This document shows positions 13,769 to 31,225 of a stretch of DNA of 64,000 nt, piece by piece. How positions within the stretch are numbered: position 1 is the first letter of the stretch; each line of letters starts with the position of its first letter. The notes under the pieces are model-generated. The model was not told the DNA's origin, did no database searches, and worked only from the letters and a program-made list of their open reading frames with translations. The stretch is from the human T2T-CHM13v2.0 reference genome, Homo sapiens, in NCBI RefSeq assembly GCF_009914755.1, contig NC_060926.1, one strand, 5' to 3'. A program made the translations under genes and the position numbers.

Positions 13769-16032
13769 AAAATAAGAGTCTTAAAGTAAAATTTTTGTTT
13801 TTAAATGTTATTTTATTATACATAATAGTCCCCCAAAATATATTATTTAAATTCAGAAATGAAAATTTTAAATATTATCTTTAAAATATGCAATGGTAGC
13901 ATGTGTTTTTTCTAATTCTTTTCAGAAAGAAATGAGGAGAAATTTGCACCATACTAACATAGAAGATGGGGATAATAACATGAGACCTATCTTCTTCAAA
14001 TGACTTCACCAGTGGCACAATATGTGAAATGAAAGATACTACGTAAGATATCATGATGACCACAATATGCCATATGGGGTTTTTGTTTTAATTTGTGTTA
14101 TACCTTATATGATATAGTGCAATACTACCTACAGGGAAGTAATTAATTTATTGTGGGTGGCAATGACTAAAACTTGACTCAAATAACTTCTGTATTTGAG
14201 CTGGTTCTATACCAGATCTTACTGGAGCCAAATTGCCTTCATTTCAAGAAATGCTTTATTTATATCATTTTTCTCAGGAAAGCTAGGGTTTAAATTACCC
14301 TACGTTCTTTCTCACTTACTATACACCAAGTTGATGTATCTAGAATTGGTTTTATTTATTAAAAATTGAGGTATTGGACTACATGAAATTTAAAGTCCTT
14401 TTCAGATTTAACGTCTTCTGAATCAAGAAATGTAAACTTTAAAGTAATTTTAAATAAAATGAGGAAAAATAGGAGACAGAGAAAACCTCATTTTGAATGA
14501 AAATGCAATTTTTCCAAGTCCTAGCTTAGTTATTTACTTCAACAGATTCCTTTACAGGAATATTTATTTTTTGTGCACCAAAAAGTATGCCACATGACAG
14601 CAGGTAGCATATTAGGCAGGAGAATTAGACCTTGGATATATGAGTGAAATATCATCAAATTTTTAAACACCATTTGATTTTTATTTACACTCATTCTTTT
14701 AAATCTTTCATGTCACAAATTGGGTCTTAATTTTTATTCTTTAACAATACAGACAACCATATGTTCATTTGCTTCAACTGTATTAAATTATTACTGAATG
14801 ATTATAATTCCACCATTACCGTCTTTTCAAGGCCACAAGTTCTCAATCACTGCTATGTTATGCTCTCCTCTATTTCAATTTCAATTCTAAAATACAATAC
14901 AAACAACGTGACTGCATCTTTAGGATACGTGTGGAGTAGCATTGGGTTTCAATCCCCTTCTTCAACAAAATATAAAACAAAATAGTACAGCATTATCCCT
15001 GCAAACATGTATTCTTCCTTAGTCATTCTGCAGTTCTCAATCTAGTCAATGTCAGAGTATTTAATATGACCCATTTTTCATAGAGAATAGTAGTCCCATT
15101 TACACTGCTGAGATTGATAGCATGGTATGCTATCAATCCCAAAAGCTCTGATGCGGGCTGTGGACCTCTACCAAAAGATTCCTTTCTGCGCTATCAATCT
15201 CACCACTTCCCACTGTCTCTAAGCCCTAAATCAGACTGCTTGATATCTCTGCAGTTTTGTACTCCTGCATCAGCAGTCTGCCTAAGCACAGCCATCACTC
15301 ACTAGCACTGTTAACTGCACTTGCTACAAACACTGAACCACTTTCCTCATCCTAAGGCCAAGTGTGAAATTCCTGCTACATTACATCACTTATGAATCTC
15401 TCTACAAGAAGAAAGAACCCATTTTGTCTCCTGGATTTTGAATAATGGGAAATTTAATAGGATTATTATTTTATTATTTATTTTGGTAATGAGACTCTTG
15501 AACATAACAGGTAGCCCAACAATGAAGCAAGTCTATCTCAAAAAGTAAAGTTAAAAAAGATTCATCAGTAAATATGTACTTTGTTCTCTATTAGAAGTAG
15601 TAGTATTTCACTCTATAACTGCTAAGTGTTCTTTTGAATGAAACTTCTAAGTCTAATTTCGTCATTCTCTTTATAGTAGAAAGCCAATGCATTCCCACTA
15701 AGGGTCAGCTTTAGGTGAGACAACATCAGAGACAGAGTGGCTAAAACAGTAAGGCAAGATCTGGCTGTAATGGCTGAAGCATGTTTAATCCCATTTTTTT
15801 TCTATCTTCACAAATCAATTTTGCCTCGGTTCACTTGAGAGTCATTTCTTCTCATGTTTTGTTGGACAAAGCAAGTCATGTTGTCATGCCTTGTTTCAAA
15901 CTGCAATCCATTTATGTACGTGAAAGGTGAAGGGAACTGGAACCCAAAAATTATTCACATAGGTTATTTTGAAAATGTTCTTGATAAATGTAAAGCAACT
16001 AGTACTACTTACATTATATAAGAATTGGTCAG

Positions 16033-16568
<536 letters not shown>

Positions 16569-16769
16569 TTATTAATGTAAGGAGTTTTCAACCAAAAGGC
16601 TTCAGTATTTGAAATCAACACAATTGCCAGACATTGAAAAATTATATCCCATAATAGTTAGCATCTAGTATGAGACAGGTAGAAGGAATCTCTGACTAGT
16701 GAACTAAAAGGAAATAACTATTCCTGATAACTTAAAAACTGCTCTGTTCCCCAGTGTAATGGTTATCAA

Positions 16770-16818
16770 ACTTGTATTCCTTCCATGTCAGGACTTGTAT
16801 TCCTTCCATGTCAGGACT
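16770..16818. repeat. 23-bp perfect tandem duplication
   Basis: ACTTGTATTCCTTCCATGTCAGG twice, then ACT. Confidence 0.9.
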
Positions 16819-17531
16819 GAGTATTTTTTTAACAATCTGAGAAGCATCAGACTCCTATATTACTGGGCCGATTGTTTAAGGTATTTAATTACAACTCATA
16901 TCATTATCAGATGCACATACATAAAATCTTCACCATATTCTACCTAAAAATGTCTAGCCTTTTGCATTTTATGGTAGAAGGTAAATCTGAAGAGGCATAG
17001 CATAAACAGATTCATGCTAACAGGAATTATTCTTGCATTTACCCCAATGACTAATATTTGTGTAATGGGGTATAGTTCAATTATACATATCCTTTTTTTG
17101 TAAACTATACCCCATACACACACATATAATAATGGCCTAAAACCTCTAGCACCTTGAAAATCACCCAAGTGGCCACATTTTTGTTTAATACCAGGGGTTA
17201 GTCTCAACTCTTCCTTATTACATACTCTTTCTTTCAAATAAAATAATAGCTAACACTCTTTATAGTATTTTCTTCTTTCCTACTCACCTGTCCTAGATTC
17301 CATTCATTTAGGACTTCGTCTAGGACTTTTTCCTCTGCCTGAAAACTAAGTACTCAATCCATATCAATATTATGACTCTCCTTTGTTATCATATATTTGT
17401 CTTTGCCAGGGGTATGGTGGAAAAGAGCCCCTTAATCCTGAGACATGCATGTGTGGAATGTATGCTTAACCAGAATTAGGAATACTTCCCTTATTCATAA
17501 TGCTTGAGACCAGAAATCAGATTTCCATTTT

Positions 17532-20111
<2,580 letters not shown>

Positions 20112-20577
20112 CCTGTACATAATAAGCTATCTTAAGAATGGGACCCAAGTCTAAACATGAAGTTCATTTATGTTTTATATGCATCTCATACACATAGCCT
20201 GAAGGCAATTTATAGGATATTTTAAATAATTTTGTGCTTGAAACAAAGTTGTGAGGTGTTTTAACTGCAACCCATCACATGAGGCCAGGTGTGGAATTTC
20301 CCACTTGGGGCATCACGTCAGTGCTCAAAACATTTTGGATTTTGAAGCATTTCAGATTTCATATTTTCAGATTAGAGATGCTCAACCTGTACAAGTTTCT
20401 GAACTAGATTGTGTCACCAATATGGCTATAGCCTTGACAAGTTATAACTTCTGGGCTTAAGTTTTATATTCTGAAAAATAAATGAGCAGGCTTCATGGTA
20501 TCATCATAACTTCATACATGTGTTCTCTTTGTGAGATAACCCTTAGCCTCTCCCCATTTTCACATATTTACTGTTGA

Positions 20578-21190
<613 letters not shown>

Positions 21191-24100
21191 GTGAAGTAGA
21201 TGTTTTTGCCAAAATTCCTTCTAACTCAAAATTCATATTTTATTATTCAAAATAATGTAAATGGGGGACATAGATACTGGAAGAATTTGCTGCATTGTAA
21301 ATCACTATAACTAGGAAGCTACGCCCACCCCTTCAGGCTCTAATTCCTGAGTTCTCACCATGCCTGTTCTTTTCTTGCTCCAAATTGCTATAAAATCAAC
21401 TGGAGTTTTGTTGAAACATATGGCTCCTCTCTTTCTCATCCACTCTCTGCAGCATTTGAGCAAAAACTCTGCTCACCTTCCTCAATCAGAGGACATTTCT
21501 GCTCATCAGTCAAGCAGGCAGACCACAGGACTCTCAGACAAAGGCTGAGAGGTAGACTGATGAGGAGGGTGGGTCTAGTGGTCATGGGGGAATTCCATTA
21601 GGACTCCAAATGTTTTATTGTTGCTATCTCAGATAGGTATGACAGAAAGGAGTGTGGGAGGTGCATAGTGACCGCCCCGCCATCAAGAATGAATTCATCT
21701 TCTATCCATAAAATGTTTTACCTAGGCAAACTTGTTGATCTTTCATTGCCTATACTTCATTTTCTTATCTCTCATGCTCATTTCTCTATCTATTTATTCA
21801 TTTTAGCTTCACTTTTCTTCATAGCAGGAATCTAGTTTTCTCCCCAATCTACTGTAGATCACTCCAGCACCCATGATGCCTCTCTATTCTGAACTCAATA
21901 TATTTACTCTTTCATTTGGTACTTAATCTTGTCTTGTATTGTTACATAACTTTGCAAGTATTTAAGCCTAATCTCTTCAAAATACTGTACTTTTTAGAGA
22001 GAAGCCACTGTATCTTGTAGCTATTTGAATCACCCTAACAAGACACTTAATAACTATTAAACAGTTGATGGTAGATCATTATTTCAGCCACTAGCATAAG
22101 AAAAACCATCTTATTTTCACAATGATCCAAATTTATAAAGTCATATATCCTGTATCAATAGCATATGTTAAAATCTTTTGAAAACTCACATTTATAAGCT
22201 AATCTTATTCACATAGCCTTTCTCTGAGTTGCACAGTATAGAGAAAATTATCACTTTTAAAATGAAGAACTTGCACCCTAAAAATTAAGATTCTAGCCCT
22301 CGTAAGAAGGCCCAGGCTAGATTCAGGTCTCCAGACTACTAGTATTCCATTGCTCTTTCCAGAACAATACATCAAATTTAGGTTCTCAATATATAGTTCC
22401 TTGCACATACTTCTACCACATAAAAATGGACTGTTAACCTGGAATGTAAAATAATTCTATAACTTCATAACCTTTTCTGTGCCAGATTACTAAAATTCAG
22501 AAATTACCCTCCAAAGAAAAAAAGTGAATGCTAAATCTGCAACCCTTCTCTTAGATTGTTAGTTGGGTTATAAGAAGACTATGACATTGCTTAATGTACT
22601 TTGCTATTTGCTCAGAAGCACAGGAAAAAAAAATCATATAAGCTCCAGAGTACATAGTCTCATATTTGGCTCTGGAATATAAAGACCAGATTAGAAAATA
22701 CAAATTCAATTTCATCTCTACCTCTGAAAGATTAAAACAGAAAACAAATCCAAACTCAAAAGATTTTTTTAATGCAACAGAGACTTCTTAACTGCCTGAT
22801 CCACATAGATTGAATTTATTTAGCGAACACATGAATTCATCTATCAGAAATGTAGTCATTCATTTACTCAGATAGAAATCATTATTCATGCAAAATAAAT
22901 GGATTCTACTTTAATTGTCTACCGGCAGTGACTATAAAGTAAGCTATGTGAGCCTTACAATTGAATCTTTACCACAGGCAGAAACAACAACATAAACCTC
23001 TAAAATACAGTTCACTGAGGTCATCGTTTAAGAGCTCATATCCTGTCCAATACTTCAGAATAAATTACATTATGCTTATGATGCAATTAATCACATCATA
23101 ACTTCTGCACATCCAAAAGAAAAATCATTTCTCTTTATCTATAATCCTTACTCAATGAAAACTGCTCAATTATTCTCTGTATTGAAGGTAAATTACAGAA
23201 GAAAGTTAATTGCTTACCTACATGATATTTCATTTCTGAAGCCAAAACATTAACATATGCAACAACAATAAAAGTGAAGAACAGTAAATTGCATAAATAA
23301 AAGCGTGTTTCCATTTACGGGCTATAAAACAAACAAAATCTGACTTTAAAAGCTGTTAATATGTATAAATTAAAGTATAGAAAGGTCACAAAATTTTTTA
23401 AAACCTGATTCTTAGAAGGAAAAATGAAACAAAGAATCTTCATCATATTCATGATAGTTGGATGTCATTGATCACAACAAGGCATTTTTTAAATGTAGGG
23501 AGTTTAAAATTTGAAATTTAGCCAAAGAGCTTATGTAAAGTTGATGTTAAATTAACAGAGTCAGTAATCTCTGCTTTCAGAAGTATTTAGGTAAAGTTTT
23601 TGTTTACATTGATTATTAAGATCTATAATTCATATTTATACATATTTATATATAGACTTTTTCATTTCCTGGCAAGTGAATGGGCCAAAGTTGAGCTTGG
23701 GAAGATTAAGCTTATATATTTTTTGTGCCTTTATATTTAGTGAATGAAGTACCTCAAACGTTTTACAGTAACTCCTGTATATTATCTTGCTTTCTGTTAT
23801 TAAATACTAACATTTTAAAGAATTTAAATGTAACTAAATCTCATTGTGCAAACTCTTATGCTCATGTTATATGTGTGCATGTAGCCTCAGTTTCCTAAAG
23901 AAGATGTTCATCATGGAGAAACACTCAATTTTTCCATACAAAAGTCTAGATTTTGATTTGGTTTTCTAACATATAAAACTTTGTACTGGGAAAAATCAAT
24001 CAATTATAGTTTCTCATTTATGGAATGAGAACAATAATAGCTTCCCTACTTAACTCAGAAATTGTGAGAGTCAAATAAATTGTATAACAAATGATATAAG

Positions 24101-24524
24101 TGTAAGAGATTATCTTTTACAAAATGTAAAATCCATTTATTATTTCAAAATGCACTTATTAATAATTTACAATGAACAGACTAACCAACATAGCCCCTGT
24201 CTACAAAAAAGATAAATGGCAGGGTCTGGAGAAATCTCTCCATAACTGGACACAGACTAGGCTATCAGCATCCATCTCCTATCACACCCTTGAGCTATGC
24301 TTACTGTAACATTTCTGTGTGTTTCTCTCTTTTCTAGGGATCTTTTCAGTCTTTACAGTTTATAAGATTCTGAAGGTGATGACAATAACCTGTCTGCCCC
24401 ACAATAGCCATGGGACACAAACTAGGAGCACATTCTTGTTTGCCTGGTGACTGCGAGTGGCTGAGAGACACTTGTGAAATGTGTCCAGATGGGTGGAAGT
24501 GTACTCTGTTCTCAGCCTGTCCTC

Positions 24525-24590
24525 ATGCATATTTGATATGCAAATCAAATAATGAGTGTTGCCTCGGCCATTGGCCACCTGATTGGCTGT
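24525..24590. promoter_or_regulatory. PORE-like Oct site plus two CCAAT boxes
   Basis: ATTTGATATGCAAAT (24531-24545) contains ATGCAAAT; ATTGG at 24570 and 24582; in unique sequence. Confidence 0.4.
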
Positions 24591-25844
24591 GGGACAGACA
24601 AATGAATCTGATTTAACATCCATAGAGAATCACAAAGTCCTGCTATTAATAAAATGTGGTGTTTCCAGGTGACTGCATTGAACATGTCCTGAGGATCCCC
24701 TGCTGTTCTCATAAAAATGAGTGCTAAAATGTATTTTAAAATTCCGTAATGTAGTGACACAACAGATGAAAATGAGTCACATTCGCTGGAAAACACATCT
24801 TGACATTCTAGAAATAGATACACTCTTTGGCATCTAAAAGGTTTCCAATCATTTCATAGAACAAATCATTGATTCCAGGACTGTGATTTAAAAGGTTAGA
24901 GGTATATATGGGCAGAAGTAAGTTATCAAGGGTATGGGTACATTAGAGGTATACTCTGACAAGTAGCCACTGAAATTGAATCCCAGTGACATGTGATTAG
25001 GCTAAGTGTTGGCAGCAGAAGGAGAGGCAGAGGCACGATAGGGAGAGGAGGAAAACATAAAAGCTGAAGGGGGACAAGATTTGGATATAATAGAACAAAA
25101 GAAAGAAGTGCAAACAGAAAAAAAAGAAGGAAGGAGAGGTAGCTAGAAGAGAAAAAACATGAAGAAAAATAGTAAAAGGAGCTACCAATGAGTACCTGCT
25201 TTTCCTTGGCATTATTCAGAAAAATAATTGTCCATGATTCTGATTGGTTTCTGCCTGAATCTACCTTCTCACAAAGGGTCATCTATCTTTTCCTCAAAAT
25301 AAAAAACTCTCTGTCTATAAAGGTACGTTCCAAAGTTGCTTTCTTTTATCAGACTTAACTTATGTTCCTTGCGCTTTAGTAGTTACAGTGCAATTAATCA
25401 CTTCTCTCTACATCAAAAAGCAGTTTCTAGCACCACAAGCACATGCATGGACTTGACTGTGCTTCTCTGGGGGGCCATCTCCATGGCTTTGGAATGCTGC
25501 TGGCTCAGGTGACAGACCCCCTTTATTCCACTGGATGAGGGCATAAGAAGAGGAATATAGTTGGATTGCAGTGGAATTATAGTGTGGACACCTGTAATGA
25601 TCTTCAATTTATTTCTGCCCTGCCAGCCTTTGATGACTTCCAACGGGACTGTGAATACTTCTTTCTGATCACATAAATATCTGGAGGAGAGTGAGGGGAG
25701 TGGGGACTTTGGGCTTCCTGGAAATCACTGTGTACTTCCACATGTCATGTAATTTGTCCAATGAGAAGTGTGTAATTACTAAAGAGAAATGTGAACCACG
25801 GCAAAAATTATACTTAATGTTCTTTGACAAGATTGTGTGTATAT

Positions 25845-26130
<286 letters not shown>

Positions 26131-26186
26131 GACAAGGCTATATTTTTAAGAAGTTGACTCAAGTTAGTTTTTCTCCTTTCCTGCAG

Positions 26187-26316
26187 GTGGCTAAAAGGAG
26201 AAAGAAAAAGAAGAATACAGCTTAGTCTTCCCTGTTTTTGCTTTCAAAAGAATATGCTAGTTAAAAGGAGTATGATTCTCAGATCTGAGATTTAAAGTTG
26301 AGGTAGAGCTTGGTGG
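26187..26316 (+). other. Candidate non-coding exon, 130 nt
   Basis: Acceptor tttttctcctttcctgcag; donor TGG|GTGAGT; stops in all three frames. Confidence 0.3.
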
Positions 26317-26529
26317 GTGAGTAACACGAAGAGGGAGAGATGAATGCATTTCGTGTGATGAATGGGAAATGTCAGTAGGAATGTGAAAGAAAAGGAAAGA
26401 TAAATGGGTGGTTTGGCTAGCTCCTTGAAAGAGGGTCTGTGCATGAGGGCCATGAGGACAAGAATGAGAAACAACTCAATTAAAGTGCAATGCAGGAGGT
26501 ATTCTTTCAGCCAATGGAAGCTGACTTAC

Positions 26530-26865
26530 CATGCATAGTAGTCCTGGTTTTCATGAAGGTGAATGCCTTCCTTGGCCTGCACTCAGGAGCTGCAACAGCT
26601 GTCCTTCCCATTGGCATTCAGGGCAGAGCTTTTTTCTTAACCCCAGGTAGCCACTCAAGACAAGTGGTGACTGTAATGACCAAAATTTGTGGCAATTAGT
26701 ACCCAAGGCTCTAAGAGTTCCATCTGACTTCTTGTAGACTGACTCCCTCCAACACTCATATACACATCTACACAAACACAATATTCCATTCGAGCAATGA
26801 GCACAAGAAAGCAAATGTATGGCCAAGGGCCTTTAATTGGTTGTTGGGGAGGAGAGTCCTTACAC
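26530..26865 (-). other. Candidate non-coding exon next to MER57 LTR
   Basis: Minus-strand donor ATG|GTAAGTC at 26530/26529; possible acceptor ttcccaatttcag at 26866. Confidence 0.2.
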
Positions 26866-26886
26866 CTGAAATTGGGAATAGGCAGT

Positions 26887-27278
26887 TGTTAAATGAAAAA
26901 CCTTAGACAAATTAAACTGAACAGAGTTTAATTGAGCAAAGAACAATTTGCAAATCAGTCAGATCCCGAACCTGAATAGGTTCAGAGACTCCAGTGCTAC
27001 TGCATGGTGGAAGATTTATGGATGGTAAAAAGAAAGTGACATACAGGAAACAGAAGTGAGGTACAGAAATGACTGGATTGGTGACAGTTTGGTGTTTGCC
27101 TTATTTGAACAGGATTTGAACAGTTGACTGCTGTTGATTGATCAAAACTTGATGACTGGCACAAAAGTTGGTTAAGGTCTATCTACACATCCACTTAGAT
27201 TACATTTCATGATACATGGAGAAACGTTTATGCTAAACTTACAATATGTAAGGAGGTAGCTTTAGGCTAAATTTAACA
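26887..27278 (-). mobile_element. MER57-family solo LTR
   Basis: aaccttagacaaattaaa...aaggaggtagctttaggctaaatttaaca; TSD CAGT on both sides. Confidence 0.88.
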
Positions 27279-27699
27279 CAGTGACTCAAACCAGTTCCCA
27301 GCTCCCCATTTCCAATCTGGAACAGTGACTACACACTTGCCTAGGATACTACGACTTTTGGACTAAGTTTTTCTCATCTAACTCATGTATTTAACACTTG
27401 AGTAACTCAATTAAATTCAGGTGAATGGAAGATAGAAGGGACATGGAGACCCTAGAAGTTCATGTAATATTCTTTAAATATGTGTGATGATTTTTGCATT
27501 TTCATTTATATGCTTACACACTTGGGACACACATATATTCACACACTCACACTCACACCACACTGGCCTACATAGCCATTCCCTGCAGGCATTCTTTGCA
27601 TTCCATGCAGGTCCTGGTTACATTGAGTCTAGGCCCCCATTCAAGACTGTAGGGTCAAACTAATGGCTAGAAGAAAGAAGATGTGGTTTTTGCACACAA

Positions 27700-27830
27700 T
27701 TGATTAATTAATTCAATTAGTGTTTCATGAGTATGGAAAGTATGAGGCCCTGTCCTGGCTTTGGGGACAGACACACTGATGTATCAGATGTGACCTTTGT
27801 TTTTTAGAAATTTAAAATCTAGTAAAAGCG
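27700..27830 (-). mobile_element. L2 3' fragment
   Basis: attaattcaa...ggccctgtcctggctttggggacaga. Confidence 0.5.
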
Positions 27831-29439
27831 TGAAGTAAGCACAGCACTGGACCTGACATAATGGCTGATTTGCATGCATGAATGAGCAAATGAGGCATGG
27901 AAACATACACAAAAATGTAACAGGATGAATTATTGAAACACACATAAAACCTGTGAAAAGGAAAGTTGTTTTAAAAATAGCTTTCCCTAGCCATATAGGG
28001 GGAAAAAGAGGGCACTATTTATGCTATCCTTAATCCTCATGATCGTGGGAGAAATAAACAGCTTTCTAAAGTTCATGTCTGTTCAGAGAAGAATTGGTCT
28101 GAGTTATCTCAAAGGTGGATGGGGTGGAACCAAAAGCTTTGAGTAAAAGGAGTCAGAAGGTGTTGGGGGGTGGGGGCTATATGCATTAAAGGTCCCTAAG
28201 CGTGAAAAACAAAAAAACAAAAACAAAAAATACAGAACCATATTTGAATAGTTTCTATAACTGGAGGATCCCCTAGGTGGGTGATTTCTTCAACATGCCT
28301 GTAGAGACTGTCAGTGAGCACAAAGGCCTTAAGATTAGCGACTGAAGGCTCCTGGAATGAGTATGTGGTTAGAGACTGGAACTACTCAGGAGTTTCCCTA
28401 GGTCTGCTCCAAATAGCACAAGCAATGGATGATGAAGGATCCATGTTAATAGCAGTGGATCCACAGGTAATAAAGAGAACTGGTGGTGCGAATGCCTCCA
28501 CCATGATCTAAACACCTGGCTACTTCCTGATTTTCTGTAGTGTAAAACAACCTAATTTTTAATTATGCCAATGATAAGGTAAGTTTTCTGAGTTAAGGAA
28601 TACCTTTCCCACACAAGTACACTGTAGAAGAGATTCCTCCTTTTATCTCTGGGTAGACTGCATGAAGATCGCTTCTATCCCACTGAAGTGAGGTAGAATA
28701 TGCCAAACTGAACTGAGGTTGAATTTCTCACCAAGAAATTGAGGGCCCAGAGGAGACTTACATGATGTAATGAAATTTTAAAATGTGATAGATATTCATG
28801 TTGAGTTTGAAACTAAATTCTGCAACTAAAAGATAAGGTGTTTGTGATAAGGGCTATAACTATAATTCAAAATATAAGAATAATTTAGATTTGATAATAA
28901 AAATAAAGAGTAAAGGATTCTTTATATTCTCCATAGACTAAATATCTGATAAAAATTAAACTATGTCAATGATATAGGGTTATTCCTATAAAAACTAACA
29001 ATTATTCTTCACTATTCTAACTGAAGCCAATTCAAGTCTCTTCTCAGTGATGAAGAAAACCAATGAAAAGAAGATAGAATCTCACAATAATAAGACTCTA
29101 AGCTACAATTTAACACCAATTTACCAATTCCATTAGAGAGCACATCCAGTTCATTGAAAATAGCAAGCTAACCTGTCTATAAATTGCCTTACTATAATCA
29201 AATGTTGGCAAAATAAGTAGATAGGAAATACAGTGCCTGTCTGAAATATTAGCAATTAATCATAAAATAGCCAGTTGTTTGAAAATGTCATGCATATTAC
29301 TATATAATAATATTCCTTAAATTGAACTGGGAAAAGTTTATTTTTTTATTTTTTTTTAACGTGTAAACTCTTCAATCAGTTTTTTAAAAAAAAATACATT
29401 AAAGAGTTAGCTACCTCTACACATGTGGATTCAATCCAT

Positions 29440-29930
29440 ATCAAAACTGAATTTATCAGTTAAGCAGAGTCCTTCAAACCAATTTGGATATGTAGCTGGA
29501 CAACCTTTTAGGTATCAAACAGAGCCCTAGATGGTTATTTCCTTCTGTAAACCCAAGCCAGGGAGAGACCTTTATGCAGGCAGCCCAGAGACCAATGTAG
29601 GAATCTCTTTCACAGCATCTCTGATTTGGCAAAGAGTTCCTTAACTCAGGAAATGGCCCATTTCATTGCTAAGCACACATTGCATGATGTTAACAAGCTC
29701 TTTGTTAATTAATTTAAAACCTAGATTTGTAATTTGTATAATTTCCACACCTGTGTCCTAGTTTTGCCTTTCAGCCAAACAAAACTCTGCCTCCTGTATC
29801 CCAAAGCATTATAAACTTGTGAAGACTGCCCTGTACCTTTTATTAATCCTCTTGCCTCCATTTCCTTTAGCCACTTTCCAGCGTGACATGGTTTGTAGAT
29901 ACCTTCACCCTTCACTGACAGTGAACAATG
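29440..29930 (-). mobile_element. L3/CR1 fragment
   Basis: ggcagccc...gtcctagttttgcct...gtgaagactgc resembles reverse-complemented L3. Confidence 0.45.
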
Positions 29931-30244
29931 GCAGAGGTATGATTATGGGTAAAAGAATTTTATATTTTGTATATCATTAAAGGAAAAATCAAGCTTATGG
30001 AATCCTTTTGGCTATGTCCAAATGTTGCTGCTGAGTTGACTATTTTGGGAAAAGTCTCCTTTTTTGAAGTGGAAGGTATGTCCATTTACTGGAAAGATTA
30101 AAAATGTACTATTAGGGACAAACTTTTATACATGCTGAAAGTAATTAGCAAACTGGTTTCTTGTAATTCACAATTATCTATGTGAACAAATACCTTCACT
30201 CTAAATATCTAATGAATTAACTGATTTACCTAGAACAACTTTAA

Positions 30245-31225
30245 ATTCATTCCACAGGTATTGACTGTAAACCAGGCATTATGTTAGATAATGTGACAAT
30301 GAGCAAGAACAGCCTCAGACCTTGACCTTAGACTTGACTGAAGGATCCATTGAGTAGCGATGCACAGTATTAACTGTAATAGGTGTTAAGAAGAAAATTC
30401 TTAAGAAGCTACGAGAGGCATATTTAGTCCAATCTGGGGGCTCAAGAAAGGCTTCTCCAAGGAAGTGGCATTGGAGCTGCAACATAGTGGAAATTAACCA
30501 AGCAAAAGCGTGGAAGAGAACATTGTGACAGGGAAGCAACCATGGGTTGAGGATCTAAAGCAAAAGGAAGCAAGGTGTGACTTGAGTTAATTTGAGCCCA
30601 TTTTGTCTTGGAGTTGTGGCAGGGGAGAGGGGAGTAATTGTACAAGATGAATCAGAAAAGTTTGGAGGAAACCAAGCCATGCAGGGCCTTGTCTTCCTTA
30701 TTCTAAGAATAATAAGGAGTTTCCAATGAATTTTTTTTTTAATCAGAGAAGTCTTGGTATTGAAAGATCACTATGAATTTTTTATTATTAATCAGAGAAG
30801 TCTTGGTATTGAAAACGTCACTCTGGAAGTACTATGGAGAATGAATCAGAGCAGTGTTCCAGGAGGATATCTGAATAATCCAAGTGAGATGTGAGAATGA
30901 GGGTGCAACAGTGGGGTCTGCAGAGATGAAGAGGGGTGGACAGATTTGAGAGACATTTAGGGGGTTAAATGGAAGGAACTTGATGGATGGGATGCAGGGG
31001 CTGAAGGAGAGCAACTTGTCAAGGGTGATCACTTGAGTTCTACCTTGTGCAGTTGATTGGACAGTAATGCCCTTGATTGTGACTTGAACACAGAGCAAGG
31101 AGTGACTGTAGGAAGAAAGCGAAGGAGTTTGATTCAGAACATGCTGAGTTTAAATGTCATCAAAACATCCTAGTAGACAGGCCTGGGTTTAAGAGTGTTG
31201 GGCATGTAGATAATAATCAAAATTA
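30245..31225 (-). mobile_element. L2
   Basis: gaaaggcttctccaaggaagtggcattggagctg, gaaagatcact, gacagatttgagagacatttag, acatgctgagttt. Confidence 0.8.
30726..30822. repeat. ~49-bp tandem duplication inside L2
   Basis: AATCAGAGAAGTCTTGGTATTGAAA at 30741 and 30790. Confidence 0.85.

Noticed and set aside
24410-24616. Cys/Trp-rich 68-aa ORF
   Set aside because: No recognisable cysteine spacing or signal peptide; the overlap with Oct/CCAAT motifs explains the region better.
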